Positions 63,375 to 64,000 of a stretch of 64,000 nt of DNA are shown in pieces; position 1 is the stretch's first letter; every line of letters begins with the position of its first letter. The notes beneath the pieces were generated by a model. It was not told where the DNA came from. It saw only the letters and a program-made list of their open reading frames with translations, and did not search any database. The position numbers were made by a program, and so were the translations under genes. Source of the DNA: Candidatus Poseidoniales archaeon (GTDB taxonomy: Archaea; Thermoplasmatota; Poseidoniia; Poseidoniales; Poseidoniaceae); contig QQRY01000018.1 in NCBI GenBank assembly GCA_003602575.1, positions 21,632-85,631 on the forward strand, read 5' to 3'.

Positions 63375-63992
63375 TTAGCCTTGACGGATTTCTTCATAGA
63401 ATTCTTCAACTATCTTTCCTTCGATAGAATGTAATAAAACAGAGAGTGTAGATTTTGAGATTTCTAATGATTTAGATAAATCAACCAAACTAATTTTTCT
63501 TGGAGTGGCCCAATAACCTTTATTCCTAGCAATCTCAAAAACTTCCAATTGCCTCGCAGTCAACAAACTTTTACCACTGATTCTGGTAGATTTTATTCGA
63601 TAAGGTAGTTCAGCCTTTTTCAACTCTTCAATGAATTTCTTTCGTAGTTCAGGGGTGCATTGTATTGTCCAATTAACCCAGCCATCAACCACGTCAAATG
63701 GAGTCCTAGGTACCAGCCCCACAATTCTTAGTGGGCGAATAAACCCACCTCCACCACTAACGATATTGACAGTAGCTTTTTCATCATTAAGAATATTGAT
63801 ACTTTCAATTTCCGGTAATGCATGTAATATTTCCAATAGTTCAGGATCCGTAGATATCTGAGCAGTCCCTCTACCTTTACTTAGGGGCATTGTTTCTACT
63901 ATTTGCAAATTAGAAGAAGGGCATTTGCGAGATGAATCCCCTGCCCAGTGGCCGTTTGGTAAACGAATCTCAATTTTAATTATCTCTGACAT
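63375..63992 (-). CDS. HTH_10/Bat-type transcriptional regulator
   Basis: C-terminal 'LTARQLEVFEIARNKGYWATPRKISLVDLSKSLEISKSTLSVLLHSIEGKI' matches the archaeal bacterio-opsin-activator-type HTH. Confidence 0.7.
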   Translation of the reverse strand: MSEIIKIEIRLPNGHWAGDSSRKCPSSNLQIVETMPLSKGRGTAQISTDPELLEILHALPEIESINILNDEKATVNIVSGGGGFIRPLRIVGLVPRTPFDVVDGWVNWTIQCTPELRKKFIEELKKAELPYRIKSTRISGKSLLTARQLEVFEIARNKGYWATPRKISLVDLSKSLEISKSTLSVLLHSIEGKIVEEFYEEIRQG

Positions 63993-64000
63993 TCAATCAC

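Overview
This is a densely coding archaeal chromosome segment of roughly 40% GC by eye. It holds about 60 protein genes and one tRNA-Gly(GCC). I found no rRNA, CRISPR array, transposase, integrase or obvious prophage. Several markers point to a euryarchaeote: an MC1 chromatin protein, Alba, the Hjc resolvase, the Bud32/KEOPS kinase, a DacZ-type diadenylate cyclase, a UPF0200 kinase and an archaeal type IV pilus ATPase with platform genes. The low GC, the very large secreted C-terminally anchored surface proteins (about 1694 and 1029 aa), the lipobox proteins and the acyl-CoA catabolic genes are most consistent with a marine planktonic lineage of the Marine Group II/Poseidoniales type. That lineage assignment is inference only. 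Housekeeping content: a three-subunit succinate dehydrogenase, serS, thrS, nadA, folC, dCMP deaminase, an Lhr-type helicase, a site-2 protease, signal peptidase I, crcB, an ITPase and an ABC transporter. The parts I consider most worth follow-up, in order: (1) a non-archaellum type IV pilus-like locus at 51.6-56.8 kb with two single-domain platform proteins, one carrying a Cys-containing ectodomain; (2) a presenilin/SPP-type intramembrane protease interrupted by an insertion of about 370 aa; (3) a BoxB/PaaA-like di-iron oxygenase operon with no visible reductase partner; (4) a macro-domain/DacZ gene pair; (5) a cysteine-free Mrp/NBP35 ATPase translationally coupled to a Cys-bearing DUF971 protein; (6) Hjc divergently paired with a RuvX/YqgF-like RNase H-fold protein. 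Every call comes from reading motifs in the supplied translations and the DNA. No database search was run. Start codons are often ambiguous. Several genes appear to use TTG or GTG starts preceded by strong GGAGG-type Shine-Dalgarno sequences.
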